NCBI GenBank assembly: GCA_964106645.2
Contig: OZ067038.1
Length of the DNA stretch: 64,000 bases
Strand: one strand, 5' to 3'
From: Podarcis pityusensis
Lineage: Eukaryota
Below, one piece after another: positions 51,713 to 64,000 of the stretch; within the stretch, counting starts at the first letter, position 1; each line of letters opens with the position of its first letter. The notes beneath the pieces were generated by a model. It worked only from the letters and a program-made list of their open reading frames with translations. It searched no databases and was not told the DNA's origin. The translations under genes and the position numbers were made by a program.

Positions 51713-53908
51713 GTGCCAGACGCAATGGGCAATACAGCAATACGCAAAACAGCTTAGCGAAATTAGTGCACCGCTCCGCCAGTCTCTTTAGACCAGTAAC
51801 CCGTTTCACTGTGTTTTAGAAGCAATTCCACCCCTTCCTTTTCGTTTCGAAGCCAGAGAAGTATCCTGCCAAGTTCCCGCAGATCCTGGAGGCTTCACGG
51901 CAATTTCTATCTTGGAAGGGACGATTCTTAACTTTCTGGTCTGTTACTAGGCGGATAGAAAGGGCTGAAGTGTTGGGTCACGGGATATCCAGGGCCTCAC
52001 TGGGCACGTGGTCAGCATAATAACGCCAGGGCCCACTGCATGGGCGAGCTTACCTTGCCCCTGATGCGGTCCTCAACTTTGTAGGTTTTCTTACTTTCCC
52101 TCTTTTCCGCCCTAGGACAATGTAAAGCTCCCATATGCGCTTGAAGGTTGGAGATACTGTAGGTAGGTGGAACTGGCATGGGCAAGAATTAAACAACATA
52201 AACGCAGGGGGGTGGCGATCTTCCCAGCAATAAAGGTCCTACCAACTTTTTTATACAGTATATAAAAAAATCAAGTGGTTACAATAATAAGCTTTGTAAA
52301 TCTGTGGAACATCCCTATGTCAGAAAAGAATTATTTTGAATATGTAATCAGTCCACTGGCGTATAGCCCTCTCATATCCAATCTCTTGTTAAACAGAACC
52401 TAAATCGGGGTTTCTGCCTTTTCAAAACAAAAACTCACCCCGGGTTCAAGCAGCGTTTCCGCTTTCAGCAAAAGAGCAAGACTGTTTACGGGGAATGGCT
52501 GAAAGAGACACCAGCATACTAGAAAGAATGGCTGGGTAAGTAAATTACGCCTAATGAGTTGGCAGCAGCTGCTGGGCCAGGAGAGTTTATAGACTTCTGT
52601 TTAGATTGTCGATTTGTGTGTGACCTTAACTGTACAGGTGTACAAAACTGTACATTGGCAATTGTCAAGTGTTTGGATTATTTTTATTTTCCACTATTTT
52701 TTATGCACATCTGTTATTTCCTGATAACAACTGCGTCTGCAATCCTATACACACCTCGGAATGAGTCCAAATGAACTCAGTCGGACTTATTTCTCGGTAG
52801 TGGCTTAGAGGATTGTAGTGCGGGGCGGCGATCCTATGCACATTAACCTGAAAGCCTCCAACCCCAAATAGATTTTAATGGCACTTCCTCCCTAGTAAAT
52901 GTGCAGGGGCTTGCAACTCGAGTATGAGCAGTTTTCAAATTTACTTATTCCTGCACTTAGTCCATTCATATCCCGAATGCTCAGCCCCAATGAGTATTAA
53001 AATATATAGACGTGGCTATGCCTGCTTGGTGAATGCAAAGCCGGTGATGTGTCCGGGATTTCCGAGGCAAGAAACAGATCCCTTGGATTTTGCCTAAAAC
53101 TGCCTGAACAGAACTCAATCCGGGCTCAGTTTGATTTATTGTCCAACTGTTCCGGGGTAGGGGGTGCGTGGGTGGGGTGATGTTCAACCCCCCCTCCAAC
53201 AGGACTAAAATAAACTAAAGCAGAAACACCGCCTGAAACTGACAAGGCCCCCTCGCAAAACAAACAGCTGCAAGTAGTGACGGGCTGCCTGGAGATCTCA
53301 TTTCACGTGAATAATGCTCTTACAAGTCTAAGGCTCACACACACACACACCGGCCTTTGTGCGTCTTGGAGAAGAACCCGCATATTTTTGGAAGGCTTTT
53401 TGAATCACCGATGAAAAAGGCGAAGTGATGCTCTTGAATGTCGGCGTCTTGGGTGGGAGAGGAGGAGGGGCAGGAGGCTAAGTTGACACATCATTGACAT
53501 CTACCGGTGAAGGGGCGGTGACTGCTGGTAGCAAGGAGCCTGGTGTGGGGGAGAGAAAGATATATTTGGCACTGTTTAAAGCAGCCCTTTTTGTCCCCTG
53601 CCCCTGCCACCCCTTCCGTCAGCCTTGCCACGGATTATGCGCTTCCTACCCAGCCCTGTTCTCTCGATCCTTCTGATGCGATTCCTCACAGAATCTGTAA
53701 ATCAGATGCGAAGTTATCTAGGGAAGAAGAACGAGGGTGACCTTTGAGTCGTGCTCCTGTTATCGATACGGGCCTCTTTCTTTGCATTTAAAATGGGAGC
53801 CCCGAGAGGCTCATTTCCTGCGCCTTTAACAGCAAAGCATATAGACAAAAGACATTGGCCGTATTTTTTGGGGTGTGTGGGGGAGAGTGATGTAGTTAAG
53901 AGAGAGAA

Positions 53909-53948
53909 AGAAGGAAGGAAGGAAGGAAGGAAGGAAGGAAGGAAGGAA
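53909..53948. repeat. (GAAG)n microsatellite
   Basis: Direct reading. Confidence 0.95.
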
Positions 53949-56149
53949 GAGAAGGTTGAAGGTATACCGTTTAGCATTACTCTATTGGCTTGTGGTCCAC
54001 TGGGCTACTCAAATGACACAGCCTGAGCTGCAGCGAGCAGGGTCCGTACCACAGGCAACGATGCCTAGTATGTTTGCTTATACACTTACTTAAAGAATTT
54101 GCTTCCCACCCCTTCCCAAGAAGGCTCGCAGAGATTTACAGACCTTAAGGCCCACAATCTAAAGCAACATAACACAGAAGGAAAAAGGTTCGGGAGAGAG
54201 GAGGAGGAGGCAAGAAAGCTCAAGCCCCAGTTAAGTTAGAAGAAATTCAGATATTATCATGACACCTCCAGCTCTCTGAAATTAGGAGAGTCTTAGCTCT
54301 GGAGGAAGTTGAATAGATGCTTTTCTAGCTTGGCGTCGGAAATAGGTCTTCTCTCGTTCCTAATAATTCTCATTTCTATTAATTAATTAATAATAATTAA
54401 TTAACAATTACCTGCACCCCAGTCCTATGGACATTTGCTCGGGAATAGGCCCCGCGGTGTAAGGCCTTTGAACACCCCTATCCACCCTTTTTCAGGGTCC
54501 TCCTTATCACATCTCCACTCAACTCCTGGTGCAGGATTATTGACATGAAGGCGATTTATAGCTCGAGCCGAGGTAGGTTTCCTCGAAAGTAAGGCCAGTT
54601 GCATTTCGTAGGGCCTACCCGCAAGTGATTGCTGCTATGCTTGCAGCCTTAATTTCCAGGAAAAGGGGATTTAGAGGAGCACATTGTGGGATCACCGGGA
54701 TATTCACCGGGATATTCCCACCTCTCAGGGTAAAATTGTCACGGAATAATTCGCACCCTCAAAATAGGGCTAGTGGGGCAATGCTATGCTTAGGAATAAG
54801 TCCCATTAAATTAGGGGGGGGGGGGACTCCGTAAATAGACTCAGGAGCTGGCCACAGCTACAGCAGCACATGGCCTGGATTAAAGAAGAACGTAAAGTAC
54901 GCGGTAGGAACCGTTGAGCAAAGGGACAGGACTTCTGCCAGTCGCCCCTTCCGCATAATCAGCGCGCTGGACGAAATGTTAGGCTTGTCTGTCTGGCGAG
55001 TCTGTCCCGCGAGTCGCTGATTGGCATTTCTGAAAGCATACGCCACGCTTCGTCGTTTCACGCTGTGCAAAATTTTAGGCTGATCGCAGAACGAGCATTT
55101 CTCGGAGCAGCAAAACTCTTCAATGACTGGAGAAGTCTAAGAGCAGGTTCGCATGTGCGTCACTCCGAGACGGGAGCATCAAATTACGACTTGCACGTGT
55201 GAACGCGCCATCACTGATTAAACTGCTGCAAATTCAATTTTTATATTTTCTCACTCCTAACACAATCCTAGTAAAGGCAGGTCTCAGTTCCGCTGTCCAC
55301 CGATCAAGTGCTGAATAGCCTGGTTCTAATAATTAGCATGCTATAAAATGCAATTATATACGTACTTACTCAGAAGCAAGTCCACTGAGTTCTAGGGCCT
55401 TTACTCCCAGGTAAACGAGTACAGTATTGCAGCCACAGACCCCAGTCTCCAGTGACCCATATACACGCTACTTCAGTTATAGGAAGTGGTTAAAAATATA
55501 TATATTCTTAGTGTATGTTTTTCAATCCAGGAAAGTTTAAAATGTGAATAACAAAGATATTAGAGACTAACTTGAACTCCATCTCCTGGGAGCCCAAGCC
55601 AGCCCAGAAGATTGGTTCGGTAGCACTCAACTGATGACTGCCTCCTTTTGTTTGTTGACCTACAAATGTGGCAGGGACAGAAATGGCTCTGACCATCACT
55701 CCACAGGCTGCCATGAAGAAATATACTTCAGATTCTGCAATGACCAAGTCAACTTGGCTGTGGGGCCCCTCACTGTTTGATAAGGAGAAAGAAAGAGATA
55801 CCATTACAGAAGGGGAGGAGAAGCTCTTCCAACTAGAGGCCCACATTCCCTTCTGGGGGCCACCTGTCAGTGGTGGGCAGTCCCAGAGGCAAAAATGGGT
55901 GAAGCAACAAAGGTAGAATTTTGCCTTTGTTCAGTAGGCTAGTTTCTACACAGACTCACACACTCTCTATCCTCGCATCAGTCAAGCAAGAGGCATAATC
56001 AGACTTCAAGGACACATTCCAGCCAGGCAAAAGCATTTCTGGTGTGAAACAGAATCAGTGAGCAGTGTGGTCAGGGGAGAATCCCAAGGGCCAGATAGAG
56101 ATCACTAAGTAGAGAGGCTCCCAGGTGTAGTTCTCCACCTCTAGGTTAC

Positions 56150-56346
56150 AGGATACGAGCTAATATAGGAGACAACTCTTAGGAGCTGATGTCCCTTTGC
56201 ACCCCCAATAAAATATTTGAGCCCCCCCCCCAGTTGACAGGCATTGTCATTCAAATGGTGTGTGTGCGTGCCACATTTTGTGATTGATTATGTGGGGCAG
56301 GGCTTACTTGCTCCCCCCAATATTTTATTCAAGTTGGTACCCCTGG
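56150..56346. mobile_element. hAT-like MITE (second copy of the 42972-43147 family)
   Basis: Shared taggagctga, aaaatatttgag and aatattttattcaagttggtacccctg. Confidence 0.7.
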
Positions 56347-56436
56347 GGGCTAAAGCGAAATGTATGTATTTGGGGTGAGAAACAGGGTTCAAACTTTGCT
56401 GAATATCCAGCATAGTCAAAAGGTTAATTTCAGATA

Positions 56437-56678
56437 CAGTGAAATCTCGGGTTACATATGCTTCAGGTTACATACGCTTCAGGTTACACACTCCGCTAAC
56501 CTAGAAATAGTGCTTCAGGTTAAGAACTTTGCTTCAGGATAAGAACAGAAATCAGGCTCCGGCGGCGTGGCAGCAGCAGGAGGCCCTATTAGCTAAAGTG
56601 GTGCTTCAGATTAAGAACAGTTTCAGGTTAAGTACGGACCTCCAGAACGAATTAAGTACTTAACCCGAGGTACCACTG
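56437..56678. mobile_element. Tc1/mariner-pogo MITE, third copy
   Basis: TA|CAGTGAAATCTCGGG...CCCGAGGTACCACTG|TA. Near-identical to 9958-10186. Confidence 0.9.
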
Positions 56679-56954
56679 TACTCTAGATGAAGACAACCCC
56701 CATATTAGCAAAACACACAGGATGTGGGAGACAGGCCTATTTTAGTGTGTGTGATGCATTTCCAGAAATCTTTGAAAAAACTGACAGGAGGAGTGCTTTC
56801 TATCAAAGTCAGGTGGATCCCAGCCCTGTGGAAAATACTGTATGGGTGTGCTGAATTTACATTGTTTTGCATCCAAGTAATTACACCACACACACACACA
56901 ATGTCCAATACACTACAGACATATTATCCAATGGTTATGTAATCTGGACCTATA

Positions 56955-57075
56955 TTGTTATTATACCCATTTTGCAGATGGGTAGGCTGAGCCCAAGAGA
57001 ATTTGGGCTTGCCTAAGGCCATCTAATGAGTTCATGGCTGAGGTGAGATTTGAACCGTTATATTCCATCTCATAG
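56955..57075 (-). mobile_element. MIR/CORE-like SINE fragment
   Basis: attatacccattttgcagatg..ggctgag..cttgcctaaggcca..gagatttgaacc matches the reverse-strand CORE-SINE pattern. Confidence 0.65.
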
Positions 57076-57992
57076 CTTATATTAACAAATACACTTCACC
57101 AACTTTGGGCTTCAGTTTTCTCTTCTCATTAACACTCATGGCGGAAGGTGCTGTGTTCTTAATGTTAATGTTTTAATTTAATTTCTTGGGAGCAATTTGC
57201 TATTAATTACATGTGTGTAAGTAACATTGAATTCACTTGGATTTATGCCTGAGTAACTGCAATCTGAATTTCAGCCTTAAATGGTTATTGCCATTTACAG
57301 TACTTTCGATGCAGTGATGATAAGGAGGCTGTATGGTAACAATTAAAGCAGATCTTAGCTATCCTTTTTCATGTTAATCACATGAGATTTCAATGCTTTT
57401 TTCTTTTAAAAAAGCTCATTAATAAAGACAAATAGCTGTTTTGTCAGGTCTTCCTCTGTCCCGTGTCTTATGGTACTCTGCATCTGAAGAATAAGGTGGA
57501 ACAGACATTAAAGTAAGTCACACATCTTTAAGGTCTGTGATCAGCAGTGTGAGCTATGGGGCAGGAAGTCCCTGAATTCTGCCATAGATTCTTCAACCGA
57601 GACCTCACTAGGACTAAGAGACCTCAGGCAGGTACAGTCCCAATACAACCCTTACTGGCACTTCTGGTATTTGCTTGAAATCCTATGAAATCGAACTATT
57701 TGCTACTCTAATAACACATGCAAGGCATATAGGACTTTCAGCCATAGAGATATAGAGACAGGAGCTCAGAATGTAATGGCAAATGGTAGCTCTCAGTTTA
57801 ATACAGTACTGCTCATTCAGGTTGGGTGGGACTGCAGTGCTTTAAAATTTGAGTGGGTGTCCTTAGACAAACCTTATATTTGGCCCCCTGCTTCTACAAT
57901 GTGGGGATGACAGTACCGAGTTCCCATAAGAATGACTTAGATAATGTATGCACATTGCTGCACACACTCTATTTGCTTCAGTGCAAGACAGT

Positions 57993-59146
57993 TGTTCCCC
58001 AGGACCACCCCTTTGTTGGGTGATAACACCTAGGCCTGGTGCCTCCCCCCAACGCAGCGTCCCCCAGGATTCATCACTCCGGTCTCCCATCACGCTGATG
58101 CGGCCCATATCCCATATCACCTCCAGGCTTGACCACTGTAATTTGCTCTATGCTTGGCTGCCCTTGAAGCTGTCCCAGAAACTCCAGCGGGTGCAGAATG
58201 CTGCAGCGAGGCTCCTCACGGGGTCTCTGCCATGGGAGCATATTCACCCAGTGCTTTTCCAGCTGCACTGGCTCCCGGTGGAGTACAGGGTCAGATTTAA
58301 GGTGCTGGTTTTGACCTTTAAAGCCCTTCACGGCCTAGGACCCTCGTACCTATGGGACTGCCTCTCCTGGTATGCCCCACGGAGGACCTTAAGGTTCATA
58401 AATAGCAACACTCTAGAGGTCCCAGGCCCTAAGGAAGTTAGATTAGCCTCAACCAGAGCCAGGGCTTTTTCAACACTGGCTCCAGCCTGGTGGAACGCTC
58501 TGTTTCATGAGACCAGGGCCCTGCAGGTTCTGATTTCTTTCCGCAGGGCCTGTAAGACAGAGTTGTTCTGCCTGGCCTTTGGCTTGGAGTCAATTTGACC
58601 CCCCCCCCCTTTCTTTTTCCTTTCTCCTCCTGTGATAAGGCTGCATTTTAATTGTTTTAATGTTTTAATGTTGTATTTTAATCTTGTTTTTAAGTTGTAT
58701 TCATTCAACTCATTTTTATTATTGGTTGTTAGCTGCCCTGAGCCCGGCCTTGGCTGGGGAGGGCGGGGTATAAATAATTTTATTTTATTTTATTATTATT
58801 ATTATTATTATCCAGGAACATGAGCACACGACAGGCAGAGTTCAAAGCAGAAGCTCAGCCTTGAGGAGTAACATCTGAGCCTAATTTATTGCAAATGAAA
58901 TCAAACGTAACAGAACAAAGAAAACATGGTTCCTCTCTCTGTCTTTCTTCCTCAGAGAGAGGCTGCAAAAGCAAAAGCTATACAGAGCGGAAACAGCGTA
59001 TCTCAATTTCCTCTCACAAGACTCCAGCAATCAGTGCTGGAATGTAAACAGACATGTGACATGTAACAATCCCACACATCTGTCTGCAGCACGGGAGGAA
59101 TGGAATTCCCAACACCCTTATCTTGCCCTCACTCCTGATCCGTACA
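57993..59146 (-). mobile_element. Possible solo LTR split by the L2 insertion
   Basis: TGT...ACA ends and a minus-strand AATAAA at 58885-58890. The halves flank the L2. No clean TSD. Confidence 0.35.
58116..58811 (+). mobile_element. 5'-truncated L2-clade LINE with about 160 open codons of the ORF2 C-terminus
   Basis: SRLDHCN, QNAAARLL, LHWLPV..R..FK, RAFSTLAPAWWNAL and FRRACKTELF, followed by a 3'UTR and (TTA)n tail. Confidence 0.92.
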
Positions 59147-59504
59147 ACTAGTCCTCTGTAATGGGCCCAGAGACTTGTAGCCAGTAGGAGAAAGGTGGCG
59201 GCAGCAGCACATGACTCAAGTCGCTTCCAAATCATTGTTATATAGCCTATGGAGAAGTGGAGGGCGGTCCATTAGGACTTCCCTCTGCCAGTCCTACCTG
59301 TCTGCCTTCATACAACCAGTCCAGAAGGGGGACACTGGCTGTCTGCTTCCTCCTTTTCAAGTCTCAAAGATGCCCTTGTGGAACTAAGCAGGGAGAAGGA
59401 AGATGGGGACAAAACTAGAATTATCTGGCTCTGCCTGTCTTTGGCATTGGCTCTGCCTTTCACCAGTCACAATGGGCACCAGCCGGCGCTGCTATGGAGA
59501 ATAA

Positions 59505-59715
59505 GGCTATTGATGGTTAATAGCCACAGGGGCTAAGCTCCACCTCCACCTTGGGATGCAGTCTGCTTCTGAACACCAGTTGCTGGGAGCTACAGGTGTC
59601 AAGAATGCCCTTGTGCTTGGAAGCTGCTTGGGCGCTTCCCATAGGTATCTGGTTAGAACAGGATGCTGGACTAGACGGGCCTTTGGTCCGATCCAGCTGG
59701 GCATTTCTTATGTTT
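59505..59715 (+). mobile_element. CR1-type 3'UTR / CR1-tailed SINE fragment
   Basis: Ends in ggactagacgggcctttggtccgatccagc...ttcttatgt, a CR1-like hairpin and tail. Confidence 0.6.
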
Positions 59716-59741
59716 GTAGGCCACCAACAGAGGAGCTTTGA

Positions 59742-60861
59742 TGTCAGGGACGGGCATTGATAATGAAGAGTGGTGGGAGAAGCCTGCCCAAGAATCCCCC
59801 AGGGATGATACAGAGGAAGGAGACTTAGACCCAGGACAGTGGTGGTGGGACACTGAGGAATAGTCTGTGGAAGGGACAAGCTAGGAGGTGATAGAAGCAG
59901 GAGGTTTGAGTGGACACTGGGAGTCTGAAGTAGAAAGCTATTCCAGGACAGGACTGTATGCCAAGGGTCACATTGTGAGTGCAGACACTGACAGAGGTGT
60001 TGTGGGGATGATTAGGGAGGCAGGAGAGGATATATTATTTAATGATATCCTTCCTAACTTGGGCTAGCAAGTTCCATATCCCCCCTTTTAAATTACACAG
60101 TGGTTAGCTTGTTGCTGGCTTGTTTGAGTCTCACTACTTAAGATTCCTGGCAAGATCCCTTTTCTATCCCTCCTAAAAGAATAGACACAACTATTTGATT
60201 AAAGTTAACATAAAACTAGTTTACTTACAATCATCCAGTTCACAATAAGATCCCTGAAGGCAGGCTTAGGTTACATAACTATATATCTACATGAACTGTC
60301 CCATAAGGGAATTAGTCCCAAGTGACTGCGACTGAGCAGTCACGTCTCCTAACACACAGGAACGCAAAATGGAGAACAAGAAGAGCAGAACATGGAGGCC
60401 ATGTGCTCCTCTGTCCAAGAACAGGCCACACCCACATTAAGTCACATGCAAAGGAAGTTTGTACCAGCTCAGGAGGAACTAGCAAGTTTTCTCCTGAGTG
60501 ATACAAAGCATTCCCCAGCATGTGTATTGTAGGAATGTTGTGTTTGACTGCAATCCCACAGGTGTTACTTCATTTGCCCAGCAGCAGGACAGCCTCTCTT
60601 CAGCTAGCTCTCCTCCTCCACTAACACCCACATCATGAAGAGCCTTGCACGTCAGAATTCACGGCTTCTTGGGAGGAGTCCAGAGAGAGAGGGCCAGAGA
60701 GGGAAGGAGGGGCCAGACGTCAGTCCCAGCAACATCTTCAACTAGGGCAGATTAGCCTAGATGAACTCTGTTGTGTTTTATTTACTATTGTGAATAAAGC
60801 TGATTGTACTTCATGTCTTGAGTCCTCTTACTGACCTGAGGATGAATCTGTATTCCTGACA
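59742..60861 (+). mobile_element. Solo LTR (outer), interrupted by a second LTR
   Basis: Termini TGTCAGG...CCTGACA and AATAAA at 60793, about 65 nt before the end. About 555 bp after removing the insert. No TSD seen. Confidence 0.6.
60001..60560 (-). mobile_element. Solo LTR (inner), 560 bp, with 5-bp TSD
   Basis: GGTGT|TGTGGG...CCCACA|GGTGT. TATA-like and AGTAAA motifs read in order on the minus strand. Confidence 0.8.
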
Positions 60862-63800
60862 GCCCCTTGAAACTTGGCTAGGCTTTTCCTTCCAGTGGGG
60901 CACACAGCCTGACCCAGAAGTATGGAAAACTGTCTGGGGCTCTAGACAAGGAGGCACCTTGTGAAAAAGTGAGAACACAGCTGAGGGTCCCCTTGTGATA
61001 CACATGCCATTTAAAAGTGCCCTGGTCCACCAAGGTCTGAAGTGTGAAGGGCTTTACCTGGCATCATTATCATCAGTTTGTTGTATCTTTGCCATCATGA
61101 CTACAAGAGGTTGGGCAAAGTTGCGATGAGTGACCACCCTAACTCTCTATGAAGCAAGCATACAGTCCTGTTGCTTAGAATTCAGTGATTTCTATGAGCA
61201 CAGTGACCAGAATAGTGGTGTGGATGGCTACACATATGCCCGGGTAATTTTAATAGAAAGTTTCAGAGCCTCATTCCAGTGACTCAGTGCGCAGGAGGAA
61301 GCTGCCTAAGACAGCTCAGCATCAGTGGTGGGAGTCTCTGTGCCAAAAGGCTAAGGGCACCACATGCTTGGGAAGGTCTCCTAAGAAAGCCTACTTTCCA
61401 CAGCTGTCTCCCTCAGGCTTGCAGAACCCATGGCTCTGGAGAGGACTCCAGCTTCCATCAGACCCAGCCAGTCAAGGGTAATAGGAGTTGTTGTCCAGTA
61501 ACACCTGCAGGGTCAAGATTCCCAATCCTTGGTTTGCCTTACCTGGATGCTTCTTGGTTTGTCTCTGCTCTGATTTTGATGATATATCCCATGCCTCATC
61601 TTGCATAGTCTTAGGAAGCCTTCTGCTGCCATAACAGCTGCATCTTCCCAAGGCTCAAGGACAAATACAACTGGCATTTATGCTGCAACTCAACTCCAGT
61701 CCACGACAGTCATTAAGCTTGTTTACCTTGTTTACACATTAGACTGAAGGTTGGCATGAACTGTCTCTGCACAGGTACAAGTGTCTGCATGGAAGAGTCT
61801 ACATGTGTCAGAATTTTCAGGCTGTACGCTCTTTGAATCTTACATTTGAGTAACTGTATGAAGGTGCAGCCCAGTGGTTTGTGTACACAGATCCATAGAC
61901 TGTACACTCTTTGGAACAACAACAACAACCATTTATATCCTGAACATAGTGTGTGAACATCCCTATCATCATAGCTGCACTGGTGAGGGATGACTGTTGT
62001 GGTCCTGATGTTACATTACACAGTTAAGGAAGGGGACAGGGCAATTGGCAGCTTCGTTACAATCAAATGAGGCATGGTCTTGTTTTTCCCCATATGGAGG
62101 GAAGGGCAAGCAAAAACTACCTCAGAGTCTGCTCCAGCTGGACTAACCACCCAACTTCCCTGCTCCGGGGATTGTGGGAAGGAAGCTTGTGACTTTTTAT
62201 ATTTTTATATTATATATTGTCGTGTTTATTTGTTTGTTTGAAGTCAGTTTATTGCTTCTTCTCAGTTACCTTGGAAATATTTCTATCTTGAAAGGTGAGA
62301 TATAAATAAGTGTAATAAACACATAAAGTAAGACTGTAAGGGTTGAAGAGTGAAGGTTTTGATTTGCTGAATGAACAGAGAGCTATTATTATTACTGATT
62401 AAATTTATTAGTTATTTCTTACCAGGCTCTCTAAGTGACATACATTTAAAAACATAAACATACTGTAAATACAACTGCATCTGAATTTCTCATTCTCAGG
62501 TACTAAAGCATTTTGGGCTAATATTGTCCATCTACCTTCCTGAACTGGCAAATGATACACAAGCCATCTCACATTTTTCACCTTCCTCTGATGTTGCAAG
62601 ATGTGCATTATCACAGTCTGAACGTGTGGTCCTTATTCCACAAAACGGATTCCTTGCTGAACATAATGGAAGCTCCTTCTTTCATAACCCAACAGCCCCA
62701 ATAATATCGATCCAATCCACAAATCTAGTTGCATTCCTTAGTTTTTACACGGTGAGGCTTGGAACTGCAATATAAGCAGAAAAGTGTTAAGTTGCTAAGA
62801 ATTATTTTTAAAGCTTCAACTCCCCCCCTTTTTTTAAATTAAGGAAATCATTCTTCATATTTACTTTAAAATGCTAATAAACTATTAAATGAACAAGTAA
62901 CACAATATGCAACAATTTTTGCACCATCCCTCTAGTGCCTAAAAATTGCAGGATAAAGTTGGTGTATACTTGATAACAATTTACATGTTTATTTTACCAT
63001 CTGGTAAATGTGTAAATGATATTTTGGGAAGCACATTTCAAATTCACTTTAACAACTTCTCCTCGACAATATGTATCCTATCTTATGTATCGACTGGTAG
63101 ATTATTATTTTTTAGGGGGGTTATACATAAGGGAAAAAAATATCTATCTAGAAACATGAACTCAGTAGGAGATGGGGGTGTGCAGGGAAGACTGATATGG
63201 AAAGATTAATTTATCTGTTGTTTTTTTAGTGTGTGGTTAAGCCTCATTTAAAATGGATGGAATTTCTGTGGTGTTGCAAGTATTCTAACCATTCAATCAG
63301 TTTGCCTGTCTTAGAGCATTTCTGTGTGTCATGGTTCAGAGATGATCATATCAAGTTTCCTATGGACACCAAGGGGGGACTTCTAGGTACCAACAAAGCG
63401 GCAGGCAGCGTCATGTGTGATGTTCTGCAGCTCTATCACATTCTTTCCGAGGGGTTTGAATTTGCCGTCCAATGTGTCTAAATATGGGAGGCTCATTATT
63501 GGATGTGTTACAGCAAACCTCAAGCGGATTTCCTTGCATTATGTACTTCAACAGCATTTTGACCCTTTATCTGTCTGACTCCCTTCCACCCCCACACCCT
63601 GCTTCCATTCCAGTTTACTGGTCTCACGAGAGTAGATCACAAGCAGTTTTCATGATTGTTACAAAGGAGGGGTCTGACTTAAAAAAAACAACCCAAACCC
63701 AAACCTTATTTACCCTTTCCTAACTGGCAACAATCTCCTTTGGTAAAATGCAACCTGTCCTCTAAGGAAAGCTGCGCAGAGTACACCTCCACAGTAATTG

Positions 63801-64000
63801 CCATCTGGCTGATTTGCAAATTAAGTTTGGGAACACATTTCCAATGTAGGCTTTAAACTAATGCAGCTTTACATTATACCAGCCCTTCCTAACCTGCTGT
63901 ATGCAGGCAGCCGTGATGCTTTTCTTTCAAGCCTGGAAGTCCTGGTTAACAAAGGACATCCCATTTGCACGGTGATGGTGTAGTGTAGCATCTCAAGGAG

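Noticed and set aside
57948-58598. 216-aa ORF as a host gene
   Set aside because: It is L2 ORF2 C-terminus fused to flanking sequence, with no RT catalytic core.

Overview
Vertebrate genomic DNA, almost certainly a squamate and probably a lacertid lizard, judged from its CR1, L2, Penelope and MITE repeats. It covers the conserved PSMD14-TBR1 locus, both genes on the + strand. The last five coding exons of PSMD14 (Rpn11/POH1) lie at 13282-23775. The complete six-exon TBR1 gene has its CDS at 33154-44296 (2361 nt, 786 aa) and a probable poly(A) signal at 48389. The rest is intronic or intergenic DNA with L2 and CR1 fragments, TA-flanked Tc1/mariner-pogo MITEs, hAT-like MITEs, nested solo LTRs, a Penelope-derived fold-back, many short palindromic elements, microsatellites and one 476-N gap. 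I find no firm evidence of a wholly new gene system. The most notable observations are: about 104 extra residues of homopolymer in TBR1; a GC-AG intron with a nearby G-quadruplex; a repeat-inflated TBR1 3' region with a strong unexplained splice acceptor that could yield a T-box-only isoform; a Penelope fold-back pivoting on a hammerhead stem; a near-consensus REST site; CTCF sites; and candidate enhancers. All comparisons to human sequences are from memory and need checking.
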